A stretch of DNA of 63,670 bases, filler included, from Myxococcota bacterium (lineage in GTDB: Bacteria; Myxococcota_C; UBA6777), in NCBI GenBank assembly GCA_023150835.1. It is 3 parts of 3 records of this genome, joined end to end, with 100 filler letters (N's around TTAATTAATTAA, not from the genome) between each part and the next. Parts side by side here need not be neighbours in the genome. Positions count along the whole stretch, not along the records: positions 22,083 to 44,033 come from JAKLKB010000121.1; 2 more parts are not named here. The stretch is one strand, 5' to 3'. The notes below the pieces were generated by a model, which made no database searches, was not told where the DNA came from, and saw only the letters and a program-made list of their open reading frames with translations. Of this stretch, positions 34,522 through 44,133 are shown piece after piece. Both the position numbers and the translations under genes were made by a program. Numbering within the stretch: position 1 is the first letter of the stretch; every line of letters starts with the position of its first letter.

Positions 34522-37500
34522 CTGTTTGCCTCCCGTGCTGCGCGTTTTTCAGCCAAAGTGAGATGGTGATCGTTGATGCGGTCGCCGTTGAAGACATGGA
34601 ACCAAGGGGCTGATTCCACATCTTTTCCTCGGTCTTTGTCCCATTTGATATTGGGTTTGTCGCGTAAGATGCCTGCGCCTTTTTTACCCACGTCAGGAAC
34701 CGCCAAGAACGGGCGGATATTGAGCCGAACCCCATCATTGAGATCGGGTTCCCAACCCACAGGCTGTTTTTCCAATGGTTTCCAGCGCACAAAGATATCG
34801 TAGGGGGCTTCTCCCTCCAAGATCCATTCGAGCTTTTTCTTGAGAGATTCTGCCGCAGCAAGGCGCTCTTGCGCACCATCCACGCCTCCTGCGATCTCTT
34901 GTTTTTGACGGCTGATCCAGTCGCCCAAGTAAGTGTAGATCAAGGTTTCGAGCAGTTTGGTGTCGAGTTTGTGGTAGTTGACCAACGCAGCGAAGCCGTC
35001 GCGCAGACCGTCCCAGATGTGCCAGACGAAGGGCCGCTGTTGGAACACCTTGCAATGTTGTGTAAAGAATTTTTCCCGCAACCACGTATCCAATGTTTTT
35101 CCCGCATGCTCGGCGCTTTTCAGCAACGCAGCAAGGGTATCATTAGACCAAGCAGCCCCGTACGCCGCCGCCAAGAGATTGAGCAAACGATCCGACGCGG
35201 ACGCTTCGCCACGCAACGCCGGAATGCAGACGATGCCGCTTTTTTCTGCGTAAGACTGCAACGCCTCGCATCGTCTGACCCATTCTCGTTGTTCGTCCGC
35301 CAATTCCATCTGCGGATCCAACTCGGCAGGCCAACGATAACCAAGCAGACGAGCCACCGCCACTTGCAACACCGTGTCATCGCTACGCAACGGCCCCTCC
35401 ACCGTCCACTTCTCCTCTTCGTCCCATACCACCGAGCCGCATGGATGACCGTGAAAAATCCATTGCGTCGGATCATCCGTGTACGGCTTCGGAAGACCCT
35501 TGGGGTATTTTTCTTCCGCAACTTGCGTCCAGTGTTCGAGATCAAACGGCACTTTGACCAGTGTCGCATTCGTCACATTCAACTTTTGATCAATGCGCCG
35601 CACCGCTTCGTTGTAGGCGGGCGAAGCACAAAAGCACCAAATGGCAGGAAGATGGGCGAAATTATGAGGTATGATCGGCGTGCAACTGATATCAAACTTT
35701 GAACCAGAGTAAAGGGTCGCTGGCAAAGCTCGCATCATACTTACGACGACACCATGTTTTCCCCAAATACTTTCTCCTTTTACATAAGCGTTTGGATTTT
35801 CTCGATGACAGATTCCATCATTAGCCCAATAAAAAGTATTTTGCTTACCGCCGAAATGCTCTGTTTGTTCGTGTGTGGCTTGAAAGAAATGCCAAATCGA
35901 GAAATCGATAATTTCCCAAAAATGAAAACGAAAATGAAACGAATCAGCCCCATGCATACCGTTCAAAGCAACAGCATACTTGCTTAACAATTCGCCCGAG
36001 ACTTCCTCGAAGGCTATCCGAGCATCAGGGTTTTGTAGTTGGTTTGCTTGGACGACGCTTTGGATATCGGCGTTCCGCAAGAGTGCGGCTTTTTCGGAGG
36101 CGGTGCGTTGTTCGGAGACATCGAGGCCACGGAGTAAGTGATGTGTTTCGGTGCTGCGAAAGAGTGCGCCCAAGTCTTTCGTTGCGCTGCCTCGGCTGAT
36201 GGTGAGCAATTGGACATTGAAGTCCCACATGGGGGTTTGAAACGCCTGTGGCCCCAAGCGGGCGATCAGATGCCATGTATGATCTTTCAAGAGTATTTCG
36301 CGGAATTTTTTATAGGAGGTCAGGAAGAGCCAATTTTGAGGGAGGACGATGCTGGAGGTGCCGCCTTCATCGCAGAGTTGGAGGCAACGAGCGAGGAAGA
36401 CGGTGGCGAGGTCGTTCTTTGCGGCGGGATAGCGCCGTTCGGAAAAGTCGCGGAGTCGTTCGCTTTGTTTGCCGCGTGCGAGATAGGGTACGTTGGTGAA
36501 GATCCAATGATAACGCCCACTAAGCAAGGTGGACGCTTTGGCCAATCCTCGGGCAACAACGGCGGCTTCTTGTTGTTCTTCGGTGGGTTCTTGTTGTAAG
36601 GCTTGTTCTAAGACACGGGCGACTTCGTTCCAACGGATGAATTGCTCGCTCATGCCTTCTTTTTTGGGATCGAGCAAACTGCCGAGAATCGGGGCATCTT
36701 GGAAAGCGTCGTGCAGCCATTCAAGGGCGATGGCGAGGTTTTTTTTATGGAGGCCAAGTTGTTTCCACTCTTCCTTGGCAACGCTGATCGAGAGGCCAGA
36801 GCAGGCGATGTGCAATTCTGGCAGCGTGCGATAGCCGCCAGCGTTGGGGAAATTCCACGCAGCGAGGGCGAGGGCAAAGGCGGCGAGTTCGACGCAACGC
36901 TGATCGAGTTCGAGGCCGTGAATGTTTTCCCTAAGTACCGCATCGACGGCCTGTTTGGCAGAGAGGCCATCGCAGGCCATACGGATCGGAACCAACATCA
37001 GAAAAGCCGCGACAAGAAAGTGTCCCGAACCACAGCAAGGATCGAGGGTTTTGAGTTCGGAAAGCTTTGTAGGCCAAGCATCGAAGGTTCCAGCGGCAGG
37101 TGTCCATGTGCCATCTTCTTGTTGCACAAAGCGCAAGAAGTCGAGCGGGACACCCGAGATCGAGGCTTTTTGGCGTAGTTCTTCTTCACTTTGGGCATTT
37201 TTGAGATCTTCTTGGGTCAGTCTTCGTACAGCCCACCAAGCCCCAAGCGAGTTATCGAGCAAGAAGTTGACCATATAAGGTTCTGTAAAAAGCTGTGTGA
37301 CGGCGGGTAATTCTCGTGCGCCGATCTTGACTTCGGAGGCATTGACTTCGTCTTTTTTCTTGGCTTGCCAGTATTGATAGACCCAACCGAGACTATCGGA
37401 GGCGACAAAGACTTCGGAGGGCAGGTCGGCCACGAAGCGTTCTAGTTTTTGCTGGTGTTCTGGCGGCAAGGTGAGCAAGAAGACGGGCGAATCCAGCCGA

Positions 37501-37940
37501 AAGATCTGCGGCAACATACGAGCGGCAAAGCGAGCAGCCAGTTCCCAACCATTGCTCGCGCCTTCTTCGGGGGCGAGTTCTTCGCACTCTTCGAGCGTGA
37601 CGGCCACAGGCCCGTCAGGGTCGGGATACATCAGCAGTCCGTTTTCAGCCAGAAAGCGGGCAAAGAGCATCCGATGCCAATGTTCGTAGGCGACTTCTTC
37701 GATCAAGCGGTCGATCTCTTGGGTGTCGTTTTTGGCGTGGCGCAGATCCCCCAATTGTCGCCCGTGTATCCGCAGTTTACGGCGAAGATCTCTTTCTTTC
37801 TCGTCGAGATGGTCAAAGGGGGCGGCTTCTCCGACACCGATCTGTTCGAGCGCAGCGCGTGCGGCGGCTTCGGCGGTCTCACGTGCGCTCTTGACAGTAC
37901 GTTCCAGTTGGCTTCTCAGGCTCTTGTCTAATGGCTGCAT
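34518..37940 (-). CDS. pglX: BREX adenine DNA methyltransferase PglX
   Basis: TQLFTEPYMV, LDPCCGSGHFL (motif I), TNVPY (motif IV variant), PDLNDGVRLNIRPF. Start ATG 37940 (MQPLD). Confidence 0.92.
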   Translation of the reverse strand: MQPLDKSLRSQLERTVKSARETAEAAARAALEQIGVGEAAPFDHLDEKERDLRRKLRIHGRQLGDLRHAKNDTQEIDRLIEEVAYEHWHRMLFARFLAENGLLMYPDPDGPVAVTLEECEELAPEEGASNGWELAARFAARMLPQIFRLDSPVFLLTLPPEHQQKLERFVADLPSEVFVASDSLGWVYQYWQAKKKDEVNASEVKIGARELPAVTQLFTEPYMVNFLLDNSLGAWWAVRRLTQEDLKNAQSEEELRQKASISGVPLDFLRFVQQEDGTWTPAAGTFDAWPTKLSELKTLDPCCGSGHFLVAAFLMLVPIRMACDGLSAKQAVDAVLRENIHGLELDQRCVELAAFALALAAWNFPNAGGYRTLPELHIACSGLSISVAKEEWKQLGLHKKNLAIALEWLHDAFQDAPILGSLLDPKKEGMSEQFIRWNEVARVLEQALQQEPTEEQQEAAVVARGLAKASTLLSGRYHWIFTNVPYLARGKQSERLRDFSERRYPAAKNDLATVFLARCLQLCDEGGTSSIVLPQNWLFLTSYKKFREILLKDHTWHLIARLGPQAFQTPMWDFNVQLLTISRGSATKDLGALFRSTETHHLLRGLDVSEQRTASEKAALLRNADIQSVVQANQLQNPDARIAFEEVSGELLSKYAVALNGMHGADSFHFRFHFWEIIDFSIWHFFQATHEQTEHFGGKQNTFYWANDGICHRENPNAYVKGESIWGKHGVVVSMMRALPATLYSGSKFDISCTPIIPHNFAHLPAIWCFCASPAYNEAVRRIDQKLNVTNATLVKVPFDLEHWTQVAEEKYPKGLPKPYTDDPTQWIFHGHPCGSVVWDEEEKWTVEGPLRSDDTVLQVAVARLLGYRWPAELDPQMELADEQREWVRRCEALQSYAEKSGIVCIPALRGEASASDRLLNLLAAAYGAAWSNDTLAALLKSAEHAGKTLDTWLREKFFTQHCKVFQQRPFVWHIWDGLRDGFAALVNYHKLDTKLLETLIYTYLGDWISRQKQEIAGGVDGAQERLAAAESLKKKLEWILEGEAPYDIFVRWKPLEKQPVGWEPDLNDGVRLNIRPFLAVPDVGKKGAGILRDKPNIKWDKDRGKDVESAPWFHVFNGDRINDHHLTLAEKRAAREANR

Positions 37941-37980
37941 CCGTCCGTTCCTTTGGGCTGCTTGGATCGCATGAGGGTTA

Positions 37981-40900
37981 TTAGATTGCGATAGGCCCCT
38001 TCTGTAGGGCGGTTTTAAGCTGTTGTTTGGCTTCATCAAGCCAAGCGTCGATCTCCGCCTCGCTCTTTAAAGTACGACGTGGAAGCTGGACAAACTGCGT
38101 TTGGGGTTCACACATCTTCGCAGCATGTTGAAGAACTTTGTCGAAGCGATCAGAGATGGCTGCGATGCGGTCGGAAAAGATCGAAAGAGAGCAATGGTCG
38201 AGGGTGTGTAGAACATCTTCGGTCGATTGTACGGCGACTTTGGGACGTGCGGATGCTTGGAGGGACTGCGCGGAAAGCAGATGTTGTTGTTGTTCGGGTT
38301 GTAATTGCGACCAATGAGTGTCGCCCGCCAAGCGTTGGAGGCCCTGCGCGTAACGCTCGCCGTACTCGCCATCAAAGCGATTGAGTTGTTGGCGTAGCAA
38401 TTGGGTGAGGTTGGCGACAAGCGGAGCGACGGGGTCGGGTTCATCAAGAAGCTGTCGTTGTTGTTGGATCGTGTGAGATTGGGCGATCAGTTCCGCTGCA
38501 TCGGGGAGTGTGGAAGCGTGTTTCGCGAGACGTTGAAGGATGAGCCAGTGGGGCCAGCGTTTGTCGATGCGCTCGGCCAGATCGCGCCAGAGATCGAGAA
38601 GGTCGGTGAATTCATCACGCCGCTCGTACAGAGCGAAAAGCTGTTCGTTGCCCGAGGTACGGCGGAGGTCGATCAGGGACGAAGTCTCGGGTTTCGGCGG
38701 CTTGGGAGCTTCACCGCCCGCTTGTTCAGCGAGTTCCAACATTTGCTGCAAAAAGATCTTGGCGCACGCGGACTCTTCTCCTGGCTTGACGGTGACACCG
38801 GCTTTTTGCAGCAGTTTGCGGACGTGGAGAAGTTCGCGGGCTGTGATCGTCACAGATTCTGTTTTGAACGTCGCTTTGCCGATACTCTTGCGATCAAGGT
38901 CTTTTGGGTCAGGGATTTGGCCGCGCTCTTCTTGTGCGCGGATCAACCCCGCGACAAGAAGCACTTGCAAGCCACCATCCACAGCGTCACGCGACCATCC
39001 GAAGGGCGGAGCTTCAAAGGAAGCGCGGATCTCTGCACCTGTCTTGCCACCTGCAAGAGCGTCGAGAAGGGCCTTGCATACGGGGTTTTTGTCGGGTTCA
39101 CCATCATCCCCCACAGCTTTGAGTGCATCGGGTGCGCCTTTGTGGGCTTTTTCATAGACTTTGGCCCAACCGCTGTGATCGGCGATATGAAATCGCGGAT
39201 ACAGCCGTTGCAAGGCGTTTTCAGAGGCTTCACGTAGAATTTCTTCAAGAGTCTTACCGAAGATCTCGTTGCCACCGCCTTGAAAGACTTTGGCGTTGGA
39301 GAAGGTTTCTTCGAGGAGTTCTTGGATCCTGTGGTCGGCTGTTTGCTGAATGGTTTGCATCGCTGACCGCGCATCGGTGATCTCTTGTGGGTCGGAGTGA
39401 GAAGAGGCGCTACGTTTTTCCAACGTAGCGGAGGCGGCTTTGTACTCGATCAGGTGGTGGCGAAGGTCGTCAGCCGAGCGTTTGGGGAGAAATACGAAAA
39501 CAACGGGGGATGTATGTCCAGCCTGTCTTGCGTCTGCTTGGACGGATTTTTCATCTGCTCCCCATCCGTCACGAATCCAGAGATGGATCTCGTTTGTGTT
39601 GGGGGGTTTGGAGCCATAGAAAGGGGAGATTTTGCGGAGAACTTTGGAATCGCCTTGAAGGAGGGATATCTTGCGTAGAATCTCAGCGAATTTCTTTTTG
39701 ATGCGTTCGTCGCGTTCGGCTTCGATGTGGTGGGTATCGTTGGACAACACAGAATACTGATGAAGAAAGTCGTCGTTCCAAGCCGTGCTTTCTTCGGTTT
39801 GGATGCGGTACTCATCTTTGACCTTGATCAATAGATCGCATTTGTCGAGGAGGCTCGGTAGTTTGCTGCGTAAGCTGCTGCTACCGCGAGCGAGATCTTT
39901 CACCAAGAGATCCGCAAGAGCATCCGTGGTGGCGCGGATACCGAGTTCCTTGTTTTGATGGTTGACTTTGTTGATGAGGAAGACCAAGGCACAGGCGCGT
40001 GCCATCAGTCGTTCTTCGTCTGTGCCCTGATACCAAGTGAGTGTTTTTTCGTACACTTTTTTCGGAAGAATATGTGATTGGAGCAGCTTTTCAGCGGAGT
40101 CGAAGTAAAGATAATCGGTAGGAACAATATGACCCAACGGTTCGTTCAAGTTGGTTTGGATAGCCTTGTGAACCATACTGAGTTGATTGCGAAGTTGGCT
40201 ATCCGTTCCGGTCCGATCAAGAGCGCGAAGGGTGTTTTCCCAAAAACGACGACGAACAGGAAGAAGAGGATAGTCTTGTGGGAAATGGAGTATATCTTTT
40301 TGATGATGTCCGATGGTTGTGTCTGCGAGGTGTCGAGAGATCTCGCCGAGATTTGTTTGTAAGAGCAGATCAATCGGTGCTTTTGCTTCTGGTTTTTTGG
40401 CCAGAATCACTTTACGAATCACAGCATCCACGTCGGCATCGGAGAGTTCGACACGGACAGTAAACCTGCCCATCAGGTGTTTGAGGTTTGCTGTTCCCGA
40501 GATCGCAGATTGGCCGGTTCCAATAAAAATCAATCGCCCCCCCAAACCCTTACAGCAGGCTTCGGTGGCTTCTCGAACAGCATCTGCCCGTTCAAAATTG
40601 TCTCCGATGAACTGTTGAATCTCGTCAAGGATCACCAAGGTCAAAGGAAATGAACCCATTTTTGTCAAAGCTTGACGAATGATTTTAAGCATTTCATCGC
40701 TAGAGATATCAGGGACATAAGGAAAAAGATGCGTCATCGTGTCAGTACAGGACGCAGAGGAGGAAAACAGCGTTGGTTTGGCCTGCGCGAGAGCATCGTG
40801 GAGTCTTTCGGCGACGTAGAAGTTGTCGAGTTCCTCTTCCCAAGAGATACCGTCTTGCTCGACAAAGCCGCGAACTTGCTCGTAAATACCTTGTTCTTTG

Positions 40901-41418
40901 AGCCAGAGGACAAAGCGAGCAAGATGATATTGTTCGGGCAGATCGGCAGACTTCAGAATAATACCTACAAGAGCAAGTCGTACACTAGCACTCGAACCAG
41001 AACCCAACGTGCCCGAGGCTGCGTGCAAGCCGCCGTATCGTTTGGCTCGTGTGTTCAACTCTTTGAAATAGTCGCGTATGGTTTGGGGTAGGTTGGCGAT
41101 ACCGCGAGCGGTGGCTCCATCCTCAAAGGCCGTATCGAGCCAAAGCGCACGGAGCATCTTGACGAGGTGTGATTTGCCCGATCCGTAAAAGCCACTAATC
41201 CAAACTCCGGGCTGTTGGGATTGATCGATATTTTTCAAGTAGGTGTCGAGGATGTGCGCCATCCCTTTTTCGTACTGCCCATCGCACACAAAGGTTTCAA
41301 GCTCATAGCGAAGCACGGAGAGGGCTTGATTTGTTTTTTCATCGTTGACGGTTGCGACACCTTCGTTCACCAATTTTCGAGTAGACGGGTCTTTTTGGTA
41401 AACATCTCGATTCTTCAT
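37981..41418 (-). CDS. brxC: BREX P-loop ATPase BrxC
   Basis: WISGFYGSGKSHL (Walker A), LDEIQQFIG, TGQSA, GRF, FGWSRDAV. Start ATG 41418. Confidence 0.92.
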   Translation of the reverse strand: MKNRDVYQKDPSTRKLVNEGVATVNDEKTNQALSVLRYELETFVCDGQYEKGMAHILDTYLKNIDQSQQPGVWISGFYGSGKSHLVKMLRALWLDTAFEDGATARGIANLPQTIRDYFKELNTRAKRYGGLHAASGTLGSGSSASVRLALVGIILKSADLPEQYHLARFVLWLKEQGIYEQVRGFVEQDGISWEEELDNFYVAERLHDALAQAKPTLFSSSASCTDTMTHLFPYVPDISSDEMLKIIRQALTKMGSFPLTLVILDEIQQFIGDNFERADAVREATEACCKGLGGRLIFIGTGQSAISGTANLKHLMGRFTVRVELSDADVDAVIRKVILAKKPEAKAPIDLLLQTNLGEISRHLADTTIGHHQKDILHFPQDYPLLPVRRRFWENTLRALDRTGTDSQLRNQLSMVHKAIQTNLNEPLGHIVPTDYLYFDSAEKLLQSHILPKKVYEKTLTWYQGTDEERLMARACALVFLINKVNHQNKELGIRATTDALADLLVKDLARGSSSLRSKLPSLLDKCDLLIKVKDEYRIQTEESTAWNDDFLHQYSVLSNDTHHIEAERDERIKKKFAEILRKISLLQGDSKVLRKISPFYGSKPPNTNEIHLWIRDGWGADEKSVQADARQAGHTSPVVFVFLPKRSADDLRHHLIEYKAASATLEKRSASSHSDPQEITDARSAMQTIQQTADHRIQELLEETFSNAKVFQGGGNEIFGKTLEEILREASENALQRLYPRFHIADHSGWAKVYEKAHKGAPDALKAVGDDGEPDKNPVCKALLDALAGGKTGAEIRASFEAPPFGWSRDAVDGGLQVLLVAGLIRAQEERGQIPDPKDLDRKSIGKATFKTESVTITARELLHVRKLLQKAGVTVKPGEESACAKIFLQQMLELAEQAGGEAPKPPKPETSSLIDLRRTSGNEQLFALYERRDEFTDLLDLWRDLAERIDKRWPHWLILQRLAKHASTLPDAAELIAQSHTIQQQRQLLDEPDPVAPLVANLTQLLRQQLNRFDGEYGERYAQGLQRLAGDTHWSQLQPEQQQHLLSAQSLQASARPKVAVQSTEDVLHTLDHCSLSIFSDRIAAISDRFDKVLQHAAKMCEPQTQFVQLPRRTLKSEAEIDAWLDEAKQQLKTALQKGPIAI

Positions 41419-41435
41419 GTTCGTCTCGCCCCTTT

Positions 41436-41987
41436 TTAAGCATCGCTGTCTGCAGAGATCGGCACAGCGAGGTAATTCCACCCGTCGTAGCCGTCTAAAA
41501 GTCGATAGTTATTGTTTTCATAGCTTCCCGGGAAAAAGACCGCCAACCGTCCTTTGACCCTTGGGGCGAATTGGTCGACGACCTCTTTTACTTTCAACAA
41601 GCCAAAAAGGGATCCGACGCCTTTGAGGGCCACGACAGAGTTTGTGTCGATTTCTTTTTCTTGAAGAAATGTAGAGAAGTCTTCTGTAAGGAAGGAAAGG
41701 TATTTCGGCAATAGTGTGGACAGATGATGAGGTTTTTGGAAATAGCTTTTTGCGTACCGCTGCGCGGCCATCCATGCAGCAAAGGTATCGGTGAGGTCGT
41801 AAACAATCCAGCCGTGTCCTGCTTGTTGTGTGGTCAGTTCGAACTCGTCGAGATTGGCTCGCAAGGCTCGTTCATCGTTTTGGTCGTAGATGCAGAAGAT
41901 CACCCGTTGGGCGGATGCGATATCATTGCGCCAAGGCACAGAAATAAATTGACCGTAAGAGCGCAACAATCGCTTAATTTTGCTCAC
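41436..41987 (-). CDS. brxB: BREX BrxB (DUF1788)
   Basis: 183 aa with VFFPGSY...YRLLD..DGWNYLA; lies between the brxA-like gene and brxC. Confidence 0.85.
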   Translation of the reverse strand: MSKIKRLLRSYGQFISVPWRNDIASAQRVIFCIYDQNDERALRANLDEFELTTQQAGHGWIVYDLTDTFAAWMAAQRYAKSYFQKPHHLSTLLPKYLSFLTEDFSTFLQEKEIDTNSVVALKGVGSLFGLLKVKEVVDQFAPRVKGRLAVFFPGSYENNNYRLLDGYDGWNYLAVPISADSDA

Positions 41988-42789
41988 GAAGCCACTCCAT
42001 TTCTTCTTGGGTGATCAAGTTTGGGAAGAGGACTTCGACAACGTCGCCAAGATGTTTGAGAACGAGCCAGCCTTTGGCTGCGGCTTGTTGTGCGAGTTCG
42101 AGGGCTTGATGGGGTTCGCAATCAAGCAGCTTCATGTATTCTGTTTGGAAAAGAGTTTGTCCACGTGCGCCTGCTAAGTAGCCGATGAGTAAAGCGTAAG
42201 CAACGCTTGCAGACGTTGGATGGACACGCGTTCGAACTTTTCTGGTTTTTCCGCAGAGATGACCGGATTTTGTCCATGTTGCGGCGATATTCCGAGCTGT
42301 GGATTGGAGGGTGACTTTGCTGAATCGACCGGGTTTTTGTTTGTCAACAAATTCTTCAAAGGATTCGGATATAACGATGGTTCCTTCGGGGATGGCTAAC
42401 AGAGGCGGTGCGGTGGAACGAAACAAGGGATCTCGGACATAAGTGCAAAGCTGCGCCAACAAAGGTTGTGCAGCGTGATCCCGTTTCCAAAAGTAGACAA
42501 GAGATCGAAAGAGAACCTTGGCAGGATCAAGAGAATAAAGCTCGACGAGATAGCGACGAGAGAGAAAGCGGGTTTTTTCGGAGCGCTTTCCCAAGCAGTT
42601 TTGTTCAGTGATGGCTTGCAAGTAGTGGCATTGTTCAGCATCAGGGCGGTCTACGTAGGCCAGCAAGCAGCGAAGTTCGTCGAGCATCATCGTACGAGAA
42701 TTGTGCGGGCCACCCCGTTCAAAGCGGAATCCGAATTGTGTTAGGGGGTGGTTCTTTTCCGTGGTGCTCACTTTGCGAGACTCTCCCAA
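41974..42789 (-). CDS. brxA: BREX BrxA-like protein
   Basis: First gene of the operon, overlaps brxB. Helical protein with NCLGKRS..TR, RDPLFR and FS..T..S..RN...TW..SGHL. True start may be GTG 42771. The call rests partly on position. Confidence 0.7.
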   Translation of the reverse strand: MGESRKVSTTEKNHPLTQFGFRFERGGPHNSRTMMLDELRCLLAYVDRPDAEQCHYLQAITEQNCLGKRSEKTRFLSRRYLVELYSLDPAKVLFRSLVYFWKRDHAAQPLLAQLCTYVRDPLFRSTAPPLLAIPEGTIVISESFEEFVDKQKPGRFSKVTLQSTARNIAATWTKSGHLCGKTRKVRTRVHPTSASVAYALLIGYLAGARGQTLFQTEYMKLLDCEPHQALELAQQAAAKGWLVLKHLGDVVEVLFPNLITQEEMEWLREQN

Positions 42790-42933
42790 AGATGTCTGAT
42801 CGGTTCGATGAAAACCGAAAAACCAACGCCTTCGCCGAGATCTATTTCATGAACCAAAGTGTAGTTTGTTGTCAAGGTCGAATAAGATGATTTGTCAAAG
42901 AACACAACAGAGAGTAGAGAAATTTTGATCTTT

Positions 42934-42963
42934 ATTATAGGACAGAAGTGACACAGTAGCCAA
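42934..42963 (-). promoter_or_regulatory. Candidate sigma70 promoter for the BREX operon
   Basis: Minus strand TTGGCT-18 nt-TATAAT in an AT-rich leader; two TTGACAA direct repeats lie downstream (about 42869-42898). Confidence 0.35.
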
Positions 42964-43085
42964 CCCCCCTCGTGTTTGGAGTATTTCAAGCGACAGAGCC
43001 GTCTGTGAAAGAAACCTGTGTTCTCTTCGCCAACATGGGGTCAAGGGGACGCAGTTCCCTTGCGGGGCGTGGGGCAGCGCCCCAT
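42964..43085 (-). repeat. Family A element, copy 5
   Basis: Plus strand CGTGTT...CAAGCGACAGAGCCGTCTG...GTTCTCTTCGCCAACATGGGGTCAAGGGG...CCCTTGCGGGGCGTGGGGCAGCGCCCCA; close to copy 2. Confidence 0.85.
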
Positions 43086-43177
43086 CAAATCAACGACATC
43101 GTGTTGAAACATTGCGGAAGCAAGGGAGTGATTTTTGTGGGAGGATTGTGTGAGGGAGGGGGTGGAAGACAGAAACG

Positions 43178-43216
43178 AAAAAAGGCCGCAACATCGGGTG
43201 TGATGTGCGACCTTTT
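43178..43216 (-). terminator. Rho-independent terminator after the tRNA 3' half
   Basis: Minus strand AGGTCGCACATC-ACACCC-GATGTTGCGGCCT followed by a T run. Confidence 0.75.
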
Positions 43217-43220
43217 GAAG

Positions 43221-43262
43221 CTCCCCAACGCGGACTCGAACCACGGACCCGGTGATTAACAG
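43221..43262 (-). pseudogene. 3' half of tRNA-Asn(GTT), probable att site
   Basis: Minus strand CTGTTAA-TCACC-GGGTC-CGTGG-TTCGAGT-CCGCG-TTGGGGA-G gives anticodon loop, variable loop, T arm and acceptor 3' strand. No D arm or 5' strand upstream. Confidence 0.88.
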
Positions 43263-43382
43263 AAATGACATCGATGTCATTTACGAGGGCTGTCTTTGAT
43301 AGATAGCTATAAAGCAATGATTTTGTTAAACTTTATGGTATTTTATGAATTTAAAAAGTCGCTCAACCCCAACAAAGCTCGT

Positions 43383-43472
43383 ATCAACTATCCAAGGAAA
43401 GAGGGGTACATTCAGCGCATGATGACCCGCGCTGAGTATGATCAAGGCCATCGGAAGGACGACGATGTTTGA
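43383..43472 (+). pseudogene. HigB-like toxin C-terminal remnant
   Basis: Manual translation INYPRKEGYIQRMMTRAEYDQGHRK, resembling the HigB tail (Y...YI...THAEYDKG.WK); overlaps the next ATG. Confidence 0.6.
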
Positions 43473-43815
43473 GAGCAAAAAACGACGCAGTTACGAGGAC
43501 GTTGCAAAGACACGCTTGCTTCGCGTGATCCACACAGAAGCGCAATACAAAGCTGTGCAAAAAGAGATCACCCGCTTGTTCCAACAACAACCTTTAAGCA
43601 ATCTGGAAGAGGACTACCTCGATACGTTGGCCTTGTTGGTGGAGCGATACGAGGAAGAACATCACCCGATAGACACAACCCACATCTCCCCTTTGGAATC
43701 CCTCGAAAACTTGCTGAATCGAGAAATTCCAAGCCATCGAATCAAGAAATTCCAAGCAATGCGGCGAGTTTTGCGCGAACATCCTCGACGATCTCATCGT
43801 CCGCTTTTTCGATAA
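43465..43815 (+). pseudogene. HigA-like antitoxin N-terminal half, HTH missing
   Basis: IHTEAQY...EEDYLDTLALLVERYEEEHHPI...SPLESL..LL, then the frame runs antisense into the mazF-like gene. Confidence 0.7.
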
Positions 43816-44033
43816 AAGAGGCTTGGCGCACTCTCCAGTCGAGACTCTTGACTTGGTCGGAAAGCACGCATCCTGTGGTTTTCATCCCCGGACTCAGGAG
43901 GACAAGGAAATGGCTTCTCGTTTTTTGGCTTGTGATGGGACAAACGATCACAAGGCTGCTGAGTTGGTTGTAGCTGGCGGGAGACAACACAAGAGCAGGA
44001 CGACGTTTGGCTTGTTCTCGTCCAGCTTGGGGG
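43742..44033 (-). CDS. mazF: MazF/PemK-family toxin, 5' end cut by the gap
   Basis: PQAGREQAKRRPALVLSP..YN...VCPITSQ...VLSDQVKSLDWR.R. Confidence 0.9.
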
Positions 44034-44133
44034 NNNNNNNNNNNNNNNNNNNNNNNNNNNNNNNNNNNNNNNNNNNNTTAATTAATTAANNNNNNNNNNN
44101 NNNNNNNNNNNNNNNNNNNNNNNNNNNNNNNNN
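44034..44133. other. Artificial contig linker
   Basis: N44-TTAATTAATTAA-N44. Confidence 0.98.

Noticed and set aside
34518..37940. Stand-alone type IIG restriction-modification enzyme
   Set aside because: It lies in brxC/pglZ/brxL context and I see no N-terminal PD-(D/E)xK nuclease motif; best read as PglX.
43221..43300. Intact tRNA-Asn gene
   Set aside because: The 5' acceptor strand, D arm and 5' anticodon stem are absent.
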